Below the pieces are notes generated by a model that worked only from the letters and a program-made list of their open reading frames with translations, made no database searches and was not told the origin of the DNA. A program made the position numbers and the translations under genes. DNA of 64,000 nt from a virus, in IMG/VR virus record IMGVR_UViG_3300028030_000010, positions 1 through 64,000 of that record; one strand, written 5' to 3'. Positions 41,901-50,275 of this stretch are shown in pieces. Position 1 is the first letter of the stretch; each line of letters starts with the position of its first letter.

Positions 41901-42109
41901 TAGATTTGTCAGATTTAGATAGAATTGCTAAAATAACTTCAACTCAAAAACTTTTAGGATTGAAAGATAAATCAACTTTAAGTTTTATGGAAAAAGCGAG
42001 TCAATTAGATACTAAAAATCTTGAAGTAATGCAAGTAACAATACAAAAAGAAATGTTAAAAGAAATGAGTGAATCAAGAAAATTATTGAAAAAAATTGCA
42101 GAATCTTAA
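38915..42109 (+). CDS. Tape measure protein
   Basis: 1064 aa, helical, Gly-rich hydrophobic segment, follows the chaperone frameshift cassette. Confidence 0.75.
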   Translation: MFAYDSNFDLNNPFYLYLLMKAKNNQHIFNHAIGYNPFLMQDDDSYGFDIINHVPYLNSPFVEHDFGLKDIWLQKWGASRQLGLNNIYANLAAQQQYELEAESLKIGLFSTGLQVGSLALGGWIGIPIGMGIDYLTDKYKENIHKIYAQNQKVNILTSGLLGETGVDTGLSAKEVKGISRYIRKLAVDDDLFSADDIQDMMLKLTKTGFLNNVNSSQEFKKITRILKDRVKDLAEFLGETDPSKLLNDLAKYKSLGFNAKQSFDMIKSIKIASDLSGINKELIGQMIGLATSQENPLSIDRRLVAKQLTTQLYQINYLSRGPFQSHYLTNRKEYMNAYMTANQKAEVALNTQFGFDTNKDVYLAMVYAQKHKISLQKAFDIIQNMNTTQKSELVNKFSTEIKDFSRIFFDKNALATVVQENPEVGNLHIKRTPLQRLIDRAIEQLGGKATVEQIVSFLSLNGFNSREISAAVPLIENRLKFGNWKMLDLQTESAEFKKQTLDILNERIKYKQRHGFINTVGRWIRGAENWITEFFGGGTGEDLFSEEKLREMALKYKASDNNEYSLYFRSQNFKELTGAKTFKQYLKNLVTYGKKYKHPQLTDDKIEENLEEVSDFADKTGLDKYFDKDFIRYSFKKEWLKENVSNPYQYFKHLYKEKYKMLKSDDMFNSFLNPSIEVFTQLRTPTKKVAEFLEEHPEYGQFISNKGLRGRFQVELMASLYDKNLLPEPAKTAKIMKAANLYFDLAKSGKQNQFEEELKKRNIVLNEESIKTIKETYSAYADKTTQKSKLIEAAIKGDAEEFKAQLFKSYALDNTDIESLKREFKDLGVDEDFINILNKREFGNLSNIFKSRKEKEGLKAAEKFLGVLNSVNISKNVRSKIEKAIESGDKEALAKAIDLIKDKNVKYKVAKGALAFTQSMKEQDIDEDEWGKLFKIAKIDTRKKAWKNIENITHLLGIDYASNEEKLKIIQKWSQSPIEALEEINKIRKAHHQSSLDLSDLDRIAKITSTQKLLGLKDKSTLSFMEKASQLDTKNLEVMQVTIQKEMLKEMSESRKLLKKIAES

Positions 42110-42119
42110 AGGAATATAA

Positions 42120-42410
42120 ATGGCGAAATGCAAGGTAGTTTTAAGTAGAAACATTACTAAAACATATGAAGTTCCTATAGATAGTCCTATTAATGGCAAT
42201 CAAAAAATACGAAAAGACATTGAGGTTAAAGGTGGCATAATTGAAGCTTCAATATTAGAAACAAACGAGACATATCCTGTTACAGGTATGCTTTTTTCGT
42301 CTGTATTTACAGGTCCTTATATTGTGTCTTCACAAGGAGTTGTAAAAGAGGGTGGAGAATCACCTAACCCTAACTTGTTATCTACAACTACTATTTTAGG
42401 TGTAATGTAA
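42120..42410 (+). CDS. Small baseplate/tail protein
   Basis: 96 aa between tape measure and hub. Confidence 0.45.
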   Translation: MAKCKVVLSRNITKTYEVPIDSPINGNQKIRKDIEVKGGIIEASILETNETYPVTGMLFSSVFTGPYIVSSQGVVKEGGESPNPNLLSTTTILGVM

Positions 42411-44125
42411 TGGGCAACATTAACATACAAAAACTAGACCCAGGTAGACCTATAAATATAGTTACAAGAAGCGAATCAGTTTCAAAGAGAGGAATTCAGG
42501 TTGTATCTCCTATAGATGGACAAAAGAAAATTATAGATTTTGGTTTAGACTTAAAAGAGTTAAATTTAACAGTTTATACAAATCAAATAGAAACTTTTAA
42601 AGAAAAAAACTTTTTACAACTTTTCAGTGATGATTTTATTGGGGAAATAAAAACTGAAAACATTACAATTTCAGAATACTCATCTTTACCATATGCTATT
42701 GTAAATATAAATGCTATAGGAGAAGATTCTAGCAATACTTACCCAAGCAATTATGCGAAAAATATAATAGCTATCACTGGATTAGATAATTTCTACAACA
42801 TAACATATAGCACTACTCATATAGAAAACATAGGAACATCTATATCAATCGCTGTATCAACAAAAGAAGGACAAGTTAATTTACCTATTGCTTTTAATTT
42901 TGGAAGTAAAAATATCAAATGGGGAGATTCTAAATTTAAACTTATAGGAGTAGGGAAAAACCTAACAAGAACAACTTCATCATATACATATTCTTTTACT
43001 GATCCATTAAACATTATTTTACAGAAAACCGTTATTATTAGTAATATATCCCGACAAAATTCTCAATTTATGAACATTGTTCAAAGTAGCGATAAAGTAA
43101 CTTTTTTTTCAAAAGAAAAATTTCAGGAGCTCGTATTAAACACCTTAGTAAAAGGGAAAATAGGTGAATTTTTAAATAACTTAATTTCAGATACTTCTAT
43201 AACTCTAAACTCAAATAGAGAAACTCTATCTCCTATTGTTAGGATTTTACAAAACCATGCTTCTGATTTTTCTGGTAGCTTTGCCAATATGTTTTATCAA
43301 AATATTGCAGAACCTTTATTGAGAGGCGGGATATTTTCAGTTGGAAGCATAATGGCTCAGTTGTTGCCAATCTTTGGCCTTGAACTTTATTACAATGATG
43401 GAATATATTCACTTGAACCTCCTCGTTTCTTATTTAAAGATAGCTACACAAATGCCGGAATTGTTTTAAAAGAAAGTGATGTTATAAGTATTACCGTAGA
43501 ACAACCAAAAATAAACATACCTTCTATAATTATTCCAAGAATAGATTTTGAAAACATGGCTTTAGCTAAATATGCTTCTAAATGTTCAGAAGCATTTGCT
43601 ACTTTAATTTTAAAAGAACTCTCATCAATACAAGAGTTGCCATTATTTAAAATCAAAACATACGACATTCCAAATATATTGGTGCCTCATAGCTTTCAAA
43701 GCAACACTCAAGCACTTTTTGATAGAGTTAATGAAAATTTTAGAGAAGTATGGAAATACTACTCGGCTTTCGCTTTTAAAAGCGCATTTAATGAAATGAA
43801 CATAGGCACCATTGAATTAGTATTTAACCCTCAAATTACAGAGCCTTTTAAATGGTATAATATAGCAGGCAAAGACTATTTTGTTACTTCTATAAATCAT
43901 TCCATAACAAGAAACAATGCTTTAACTACACTAGGGTTTGGGGGGATATATGATGAAAAATTATATAATTTACTAGATGATGTTATTAGCAAAATCGTTA
44001 ATAATAGCAAAAACTGTGGTGATTTATTAAAAGAACAATTAGCTAAAAAAAATGTCTCAACTCCTCTAAATACAAAGAAAAAAGATCCTGAACAAATAAA
44101 ACTTGATGAAGAAGTGGAGCCATGA
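42410..44125 (+). CDS. Putative baseplate hub protein (gp27/gpD-like)
   Basis: C-terminal GTIELVFNPQI...YFVTSINHSI...TTLG pattern; position after tape measure. Confidence 0.55.
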   Translation: MGNINIQKLDPGRPINIVTRSESVSKRGIQVVSPIDGQKKIIDFGLDLKELNLTVYTNQIETFKEKNFLQLFSDDFIGEIKTENITISEYSSLPYAIVNINAIGEDSSNTYPSNYAKNIIAITGLDNFYNITYSTTHIENIGTSISIAVSTKEGQVNLPIAFNFGSKNIKWGDSKFKLIGVGKNLTRTTSSYTYSFTDPLNIILQKTVIISNISRQNSQFMNIVQSSDKVTFFSKEKFQELVLNTLVKGKIGEFLNNLISDTSITLNSNRETLSPIVRILQNHASDFSGSFANMFYQNIAEPLLRGGIFSVGSIMAQLLPIFGLELYYNDGIYSLEPPRFLFKDSYTNAGIVLKESDVISITVEQPKINIPSIIIPRIDFENMALAKYASKCSEAFATLILKELSSIQELPLFKIKTYDIPNILVPHSFQSNTQALFDRVNENFREVWKYYSAFAFKSAFNEMNIGTIELVFNPQITEPFKWYNIAGKDYFVTSINHSITRNNALTTLGFGGIYDEKLYNLLDDVISKIVNNSKNCGDLLKEQLAKKNVSTPLNTKKKDPEQIKLDEEVEP

Positions 44126-44919
44126 TTTTTTTAGATTGCAATAAAACAGTACAAGTTGGGATTGATAAATCTTTTTGGGTAGATGCAAGCAATGAGTCTA
44201 ATATTGATGTGTTTTTATATTATGTAGATATGGAATTTTCTTTATTAGAGGAAATGAAAGTAGATATTCAGTATCTTGAAAATAATTTATGGAAAGGCAC
44301 AATTCCTTCCCCCACTTCCAAAGGGTTTGTAATAGGTAAAGTTATTACGGATGGCAAAAATTCATTTTTTGTTGTAAATTATGATATGTATGGTAGTTTT
44401 ATATACCAATCAGCAGGATTGAAAGAGGGGTTAAAGTTAGAATGGCTTCAATTAGGTGAAAAAGCGCAAGTGATTGATTATGGAAATCTGAAAGAAATAG
44501 GGATGGGGTTTTATGGAGGAACATTAAATAATAAAATTCCTAGTATAGTTTGTATAGATGATATATGTAATGTATTTAGAGTTAAAGAAATAGTGGATTG
44601 TTCTGATGCTCAAACAGAAGAAGAGTTGAAAGAATGTTTAAAACAAAATGAAGAATTATTGCAAAAATATTTGCTTTTAGAAAAAGAATTAGAAAAATGC
44701 AATCAAAATAAAACTATTGTAGCAGGACAACCTATAATACATGGCGCAAATATAGCTAGTTCAACTGAAATAAAACATGTAAATACCCAACAAACAAAAG
44801 AAATTCCTCAACCTTCTCCAAGAGTAGTTACACATATAAAAACTTCCCTTAAAACCTCAATAGAAACTTCAAGCACTACTAATATCTCTAATAGCCAAGT
44901 TAAAACAACTTTGAAATAA
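44122..44919 (+). CDS. Hypothetical protein with coiled coil and Ser/Thr-rich tail
   Basis: 265 aa ORF. Confidence 0.65.
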   Translation: MIFLDCNKTVQVGIDKSFWVDASNESNIDVFLYYVDMEFSLLEEMKVDIQYLENNLWKGTIPSPTSKGFVIGKVITDGKNSFFVVNYDMYGSFIYQSAGLKEGLKLEWLQLGEKAQVIDYGNLKEIGMGFYGGTLNNKIPSIVCIDDICNVFRVKEIVDCSDAQTEEELKECLKQNEELLQKYLLLEKELEKCNQNKTIVAGQPIIHGANIASSTEIKHVNTQQTKEIPQPSPRVVTHIKTSLKTSIETSSTTNISNSQVKTTLK

Positions 44920-44944
44920 AACTTATAATTGTGTTATATATTTA

Positions 44945-45123
44945 AGTAGTTGAGTCGCCAAGGAGGGCTTCTGCCCTAAAAAATAAAAGGTTTTTTATGA
45001 GAATTGTTATTTTTTTATTAAAATTTTTACCCCTCTTTGCAGGGGAGGCGGCTCAACTGCTAATCATAAAGGCGATTAGGATTATAAGCGCAATTAAGCG
45101 CTCTTGATCGCTTTTCTTTTTTT
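44945..45123 (+). ncRNA. Structured RNA (multibranch fold + terminator-like hairpin), possibly the mRNA of a type I toxin
   Basis: 15-bp stem 44945-44959/45047-45061 with two G-U pairs; hairpins 44964-44977 and 45030-45045; stem 45068-45114 followed by a T-tract. Confidence 0.5.
44997..45107 (+). CDS. Small hydrophobic/basic peptide (36 aa), type I toxin-like
   Basis: AAAAGG RBS; MRIVIFLLKFLPLFAGEAAQLLIIKAIRIISAIKRS. Confidence 0.4.
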   Translation: MRIVIFLLKFLPLFAGEAAQLLIIKAIRIISAIKRS

Positions 45124-45169
45124 AGATTATATTTATACATAAGGAGAAAAAGAGGAGGGTGTCAAGAAA

Positions 45170-45832
45170 TTATTGTCCTTCTTGATCTTTTTTATTTTTT
45201 GCGTAAAGATATGCTCCTGCTCCTACAGGAATTCCATAAGCAACACCAGATGCTGCAACGCCTTTTCCTAATTGTTTCCAATCTACATTAAGTTTATCAC
45301 CTTCTTTTTTAAATGCTCCTCTGATGCCTCTTAACATGTAAGCATCTTTTGTCCCTTGCCAACCTTTGCTTAAAATTTCTTTAATTTTATTAGCTGCCTC
45401 AGCTCCTTCTTTTGCAGCTTCTTCTTTTGCTCCAGCTTCTTTTGCTAGTTCAGGATATGCTGATGCGAAAATATAATCAACATCTTGTTGATCAAATCCT
45501 AAAGCTTCTCCAATTCCATAAACTTGTTCTGGTTCTAATGCTCCAGCTGCAAATAAATCAACCGCTGCTGCAACTTTTACAAGTGGTAAAGTGTTTTCAT
45601 CAGTAACCACAGAAGCTAATTTTTGAAGCTCATCCTCAGCCGCTTCTTTCTCTAAATCAGCAGCTCCAAAAAGATTTGCTCCTAAAACAATTTCATCTGG
45701 ATGAATGCCTTGCTCAGCTGCAAACGCAATTACTTCTTCAGGGTTGTATCCTTCATTAATAGCCTCAATTGCTGCTGCAATTTTTTCTAATCTTGAGCTT
45801 TCTTGTGAAGCTAATTTAGTTAAAACGTTCAT
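45170..45832 (-). CDS. K-x-A repeat protein with C-terminal Gly-rich hydrophobic segment (putative internal virion protein)
   Basis: LTKLAS, LEKIAA, LEKEAA, LQKLAS, LVKVAA, LAKEAG; two similar ~65 aa helical repeats; GVAASGVAYGIPVGAGAYLY; promoter TGCTACAAT (-) 45870-45878. Confidence 0.55.
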   Translation of the reverse strand: MNVLTKLASQESSRLEKIAAAIEAINEGYNPEEVIAFAAEQGIHPDEIVLGANLFGAADLEKEAAEDELQKLASVVTDENTLPLVKVAAAVDLFAAGALEPEQVYGIGEALGFDQQDVDYIFASAYPELAKEAGAKEEAAKEGAEAANKIKEILSKGWQGTKDAYMLRGIRGAFKKEGDKLNVDWKQLGKGVAASGVAYGIPVGAGAYLYAKNKKDQEGQ

Positions 45833-45894
45833 GTTCTTTCCTTTTTATAGGTTTTTTGTTTCACAATAAATTGTAGCATATAATTTTTCTTTTA

Positions 45895-46908
45895 TCAAGT
45901 TTTTTCTTTTTTGCTTAATAATTTTTCTAATGCTTTACCCATTCCATAACCAATCAATCCTCCCCATAGAGCCTTACCGGCCATATGCCCTATTAATTGT
46001 TTATCAAAAAGTTTTTTATTAGCACCTCTTATTATATCTATATTGTCACTATCATAGTGATTTTTTAGTTTGCCTGCTATATTAGGTAATAAATAATGTT
46101 TTAGCTTTGTAGTTAATTTTGTTCCTTTAAAATTATGAAGCCTATCAGCTTTTACAGCTTCTTTATACTCATCATCAAGAAGTTGCAGTATCTTGTCACC
46201 ACCCAGTCTACCTATGCCTCTATAAATAATTGGCTCTGTAGCACTTGAAATAGCCATAGTAGCTGCTAATTGGGTAGATGGGTCCATAATGTGTTTTTTC
46301 TTTAATTCATCTTCCAATTCTTCTCCCACTCCTGTTTGAACAGCACCCAAAACTCCACCACTTATTGCACCTCTAATAATTCTTTTAGGCCCTCCTAAAA
46401 GCCCCATTGCAGCTCCAATAACTCCTCCATTTACTCCGCCTAACAAACTATCTTTAAAAACACTTTTCTTTTTTTTCTCTTCGTGTTTTATAGGGTTTAT
46501 TTCTATACCCGCCTCCTCCATTATTTTTTGTTTAGCATCTTCAGAAAGGGCTGCACTTTTTGCTAAAACACTTTCTTCTTTTGCGAATTTGCCATCTAAT
46601 TTTTTATTTATCAAAAATCTTCTGGCTCTTCTCGCTTTCTCCACATTTCTTTTATTGTTTAAATAACCTATTACTCCGCCTATTGTACTTCCTATACCAT
46701 AATATCCTATTACACCCTTAGGAGATAGCCTACCTCCTTTAAAAGATTCGTGAATAGTTTTTGGAATTCCTATAGCTAAAGCACCTTTCCATGCGCCATC
46801 GGCAATTGGCTCTATACTATGTTCAGTGTAAGGATATAAGGCATTTGCTTTTGCTTCTTCTTCTAAAAGATATTCTTTTATTTGCTCATCTCTCGTTTTT
46901 TTTGACAT
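45895..46908 (-). CDS. Glycine-zipper membrane-like protein (putative ejection protein)
   Basis: Several GxxxG segments; LAKSAA motif separating two halves. Confidence 0.5.
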   Translation of the reverse strand: MSKKTRDEQIKEYLLEEEAKANALYPYTEHSIEPIADGAWKGALAIGIPKTIHESFKGGRLSPKGVIGYYGIGSTIGGVIGYLNNKRNVEKARRARRFLINKKLDGKFAKEESVLAKSAALSEDAKQKIMEEAGIEINPIKHEEKKKKSVFKDSLLGGVNGGVIGAAMGLLGGPKRIIRGAISGGVLGAVQTGVGEELEDELKKKHIMDPSTQLAATMAISSATEPIIYRGIGRLGGDKILQLLDDEYKEAVKADRLHNFKGTKLTTKLKHYLLPNIAGKLKNHYDSDNIDIIRGANKKLFDKQLIGHMAGKALWGGLIGYGMGKALEKLLSKKEKT

Positions 46909-46911
46909 TTA

Positions 46912-47352
46912 TTACCTTTTGCTTATGGCATTTCCTGTAGTTAAATAAGACACATTATCGCCGCTTACACCTTTGTTTATGTCTGCAATAATTTTTGCAG
47001 TTGCTAAATCAAAGTTCCCTCCATATTGGTATATTTGATATAAAGCGTCAGCTGCTAGCTCTTGATTTGAAGCGATTTTAGGAGAAAGAGTATATAAAGC
47101 CATTAACCATTGTTTTAGTTTACTTTCACCTACATCTTGTAATTCAGGATGTTTTTTAATCGCATATCTCATTATAGTAGGAATTTTAGCTTTATACATT
47201 TGCGCACCAGCTAAATCAATAGCTTTATCTGCTAACAATACTCCTGTAGTAGCAATACCTATGCTACCAGCTAATCTAGCCGCATCTTTAATCACACTTT
47301 CTTCTTTAGGAGTTCCGCTAGCTTCTTTTACAAGATGTAATAGTCCAGCCAT
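46912..47352 (-). CDS. Putative virion protein with N-terminal K-x-A motif
   Basis: LVKEAS; hydrophobic LAGSIGIATTGVLLA; promoter TGGTATCAT (-) 47374-47382. Confidence 0.5.
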   Translation of the reverse strand: MAGLLHLVKEASGTPKEESVIKDAARLAGSIGIATTGVLLADKAIDLAGAQMYKAKIPTIMRYAIKKHPELQDVGESKLKQWLMALYTLSPKIASNQELAADALYQIYQYGGNFDLATAKIIADINKGVSGDNVSYLTTGNAISKR

Positions 47353-47422
47353 AGTAAATCCTTTTTTTTATTAATGATACCATAAAAAAACAATAAAAAA
47401 AAGAAAGAAAAAAGAAGAAAAA

Positions 47423-48445
47423 TTAAAGAGCTGAAGAATCGCTGCTAGAATCTGAGTTGTTAGAAGTAGTTGTTGTATCTTCTCCGTTAAGAGCTTTTAC
47501 GAAAACATTAACGATTACATCAATTTCTAAATCTTCAGCTTTTAATGTGTTAGCATCAGTATAAGCTTTTGCTTGAGCTAGCACTTGCTCGTCAGCTGCT
47601 TGTCTATCAGAAATTTCTTTTGCAATTTTAGCTTCGTTATCTGATACTCTACTAATTAAACCTTTTTGAAGCTCTCCATTTTCGTCAGTTGTATCGTTTA
47701 ATACATTTTCAATGTCTTCAACTTTTGCTTTTAGATCTTGAACAGTTTGATCTGAAGCAACATCTAAATTATCAATAGCTTCTTTTACTTTTTGGTCAGT
47801 ATAAGTTTTAGCTTGTTCTACAGCTTCAGATACAGCTTCAGTTTTTGCTGTTTCGATAGCTTTAGATAAAGCAGATTCTGCAGCTTTAGCTCTATCAGCT
47901 TCTTGTTTTACAAGATTAGCAACAGAACCTTCAACAGTTTCATCGCCAGTTAAAACATTTACAGTTTGCTCAACTGAACTAATTTTTTCTTCAAGACCAG
48001 CAACTTCTTCATTTACTTTTTTGTTTAAATCAGATACGCTAGTTTTTAAAGAAGCAATGTCTGTTTCGTTAGTAGTTACTCTTGTTTTAAGAGCTTCAAT
48101 CGCATCGCTGATTAATTTGAATTTATTGTCTACATTGCTTTGTAAATCAGTAACAGCTTGTTCATTTTTAGTTAATCTATCAAGAATTTCTTGTACAACA
48201 CCTTCTTCTGAATTTAGAAGATCTTGGATAGCATTAATTTTTTCAGCTAAACTTTCTACACCGTCATTTTCATCAATTTTTGTGATCGCATCAATTTTTG
48301 CTAAAACTTCATTAATTCTAGCTTGAACATCAGCTTCTTTTGCAAAACCTTGAGACTGGATGTATTCTCTTACAGATTTACCTTGCGCTGCAGCTAATTG
48401 TTCTAAAGCTTTTTGTAGTTGCTCTGTAGTTACGTTTTGTGCCAT
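47423..48445 (-). CDS. Long coiled-coil fibre/whisker-like protein
   Basis: Heptad repeats, EADRAKAAE and AK[TA]YTD motifs common in phage fibres; highly-expressed codon usage. Confidence 0.55.
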   Translation of the reverse strand: MAQNVTTEQLQKALEQLAAAQGKSVREYIQSQGFAKEADVQARINEVLAKIDAITKIDENDGVESLAEKINAIQDLLNSEEGVVQEILDRLTKNEQAVTDLQSNVDNKFKLISDAIEALKTRVTTNETDIASLKTSVSDLNKKVNEEVAGLEEKISSVEQTVNVLTGDETVEGSVANLVKQEADRAKAAESALSKAIETAKTEAVSEAVEQAKTYTDQKVKEAIDNLDVASDQTVQDLKAKVEDIENVLNDTTDENGELQKGLISRVSDNEAKIAKEISDRQAADEQVLAQAKAYTDANTLKAEDLEIDVIVNVFVKALNGEDTTTTSNNSDSSSDSSAL

Positions 48446-48531
48446 GATTGCCCCTTTTTTTTGGATTTTTAAAGCCTTGCGGCAATCAAATTATATTATT
48501 TTTTAATAAAAAAACAAAAAAAAACAAAAAA

Positions 48532-49551
48532 TCACTTAATTTTGTTAGCTTTAACTTTTAATTCAAAAATTGTACCTTGATTGTTTGTTTTTATAAGCCT
48601 TATATTCCCTCCAGAAGTTTTTAAGATAGATAAATTAATATATAAACCATTTCCTCTAATATCAAGCACCTTTGTTTTTGTGGAAATGTTAGGAATGAAA
48701 ATTTTCGGTATAAACTCTTTCGGAATACCTGTTCCATTATCAGAAATAAACATATACACATATGGGTCGCTATATCTAATAAATTTAGCTTCTATCAAGG
48801 TTGAATTGGCTTCTAAAGAATTTTTTATATGATTAATTAATATGTTTAAAAAGTCAGCGTTCGATATGCAATTTTTACAGTCTAAGTTGTATTCTTTAAA
48901 CTTAACATCTATGTTCCATTTAAAATCTTTATGGGAAATTGTCATTATTTTAAACGCAGTCTCTATAACATCATAGAGTGTTTTGTTGCCATTTGAATAC
49001 TTAATCGATTTAAAACCTTTCATTTTGTTTAAAATATTGCTTATTTGTTCTATTGATGATTCCACATAAGTAAAATCTTCTCTAATATCATATAATCTTC
49101 TTAAACATGGGTTTTTATCAGGATCTGGACATTCTACTCGTCTCTGTATATCTTTTATCATTAAATCTATAAAATTCATAATTTTATACATTTTGAAAGT
49201 AATAACTTCTAAGGGAGTGCTTAGTTCGTGAGAAATGTTTTCTGTTATATTCATCAATGATTTATTTGCAGAAATGGAACTAAGATTTAAAACATTTAAT
49301 AAATATTTTTTTCTATAATTAATATAATCGATTAACAAATTACTCACAAAAACAATTAGAAAAACAATTACTACTATGTAAAAATATGAATTGGAAGCCG
49401 ACTTCCAGTCATAATGCATAAAAAAATCTAATTTTAAATGTTTGTTTTGTTGTAAAATATCATTAGATACAAGAATTAAAAATACAATTGCAGAAAAAAA
49501 CACTGAAACAAATAATTTTAAAATAGCATCTTTAATTATTTCTTTAATCAT
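48532..49551 (-). CDS. Membrane sensor histidine kinase
   Basis: Two N-terminal TM helices; H-box ENISHELSTPL; N-box LINHIKNSLEA; G1 ISDNGTGIP; F-box IFIP; G2 RGNGLYI. Confidence 0.93.
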   Translation of the reverse strand: MIKEIIKDAILKLFVSVFFSAIVFLILVSNDILQQNKHLKLDFFMHYDWKSASNSYFYIVVIVFLIVFVSNLLIDYINYRKKYLLNVLNLSSISANKSLMNITENISHELSTPLEVITFKMYKIMNFIDLMIKDIQRRVECPDPDKNPCLRRLYDIREDFTYVESSIEQISNILNKMKGFKSIKYSNGNKTLYDVIETAFKIMTISHKDFKWNIDVKFKEYNLDCKNCISNADFLNILINHIKNSLEANSTLIEAKFIRYSDPYVYMFISDNGTGIPKEFIPKIFIPNISTKTKVLDIRGNGLYINLSILKTSGGNIRLIKTNNQGTIFELKVKANKIK

Positions 49552-50264
49552 TGCTCTTCTTTCTTATTGCTTAAAATATTAGAAATAATTTCTATTAACT
49601 GAGAAGGCGGATATTGATTTTTAAAAATTGTATACTTAAAAATATCCTCTCCTGTTATTTCTTTAAAAGATTCAATTATTTTTTTTGAACTATAAACATA
49701 AGGATTTAAGTTGTTTCCTGTGTAGAAGAAAAATTTTAAGTCAGGGTTATGTTTGTATATTTCCTTAAACACCATAATGCCTTCATATTTAACATTTCCT
49801 TTTTCTGGATGAAACATTACTCCGCCATAAGTTATATCTATAACAGCATAATCTATCTTTATTTTTCCAAAGCGTTTTTCTAAAATTTTAAAAATAAATC
49901 CCGCATAACTAGAATATATTTTTAACACATTTATTTTGTTTTCTAACCCATGAATTTCAATTATATCTTCAATAAGAGAAATTAAGCCTATATTATCATC
50001 TATAATAAGTAAAATTGGTTTATCATTTTTAAGCATTTTTTCATACTCTGCTATTATTTTATCTACTTCCTTTTTTATAGAATCTGGAAGTTGTCTAATG
50101 ATGTCATCTTCTGACATTTTTTCAAAAATTTTTTCACAAGAAGCAATTTCTTTTTTGGAAATATTTTTTATATCCTCATCGTAAGTCGAACGACAAATTT
50201 GTTGCAAAGAACTCCACTTGAGTAGTTTTTTTAAAAAGTTTCTTATTTTTTCTAAAACATCCAT
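49548..50264 (-). CDS. Response regulator receiver-domain protein without recognisable output domain
   Basis: Acidic pocket LLIIDDN, phospho-Asp YAVIDITYG, FYTG, conserved Lys IFKN; N-terminal helical extension; ATGA coupling to the kinase. Confidence 0.85.
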   Translation of the reverse strand: MDVLEKIRNFLKKLLKWSSLQQICRSTYDEDIKNISKKEIASCEKIFEKMSEDDIIRQLPDSIKKEVDKIIAEYEKMLKNDKPILLIIDDNIGLISLIEDIIEIHGLENKINVLKIYSSYAGFIFKILEKRFGKIKIDYAVIDITYGGVMFHPEKGNVKYEGIMVFKEIYKHNPDLKFFFYTGNNLNPYVYSSKKIIESFKEITGEDIFKYTIFKNQYPPSQLIEIISNILSNKKEEQ

Positions 50265-50275
50265 TTCAATTCCTT

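Noticed and set aside
44945-45061. tRNA, tmRNA or SRP RNA
   Set aside because: Multibranch fold, but no T-loop/anticodon arm geometry, CCA end or SRP GGAA/AGCAG motif recognised
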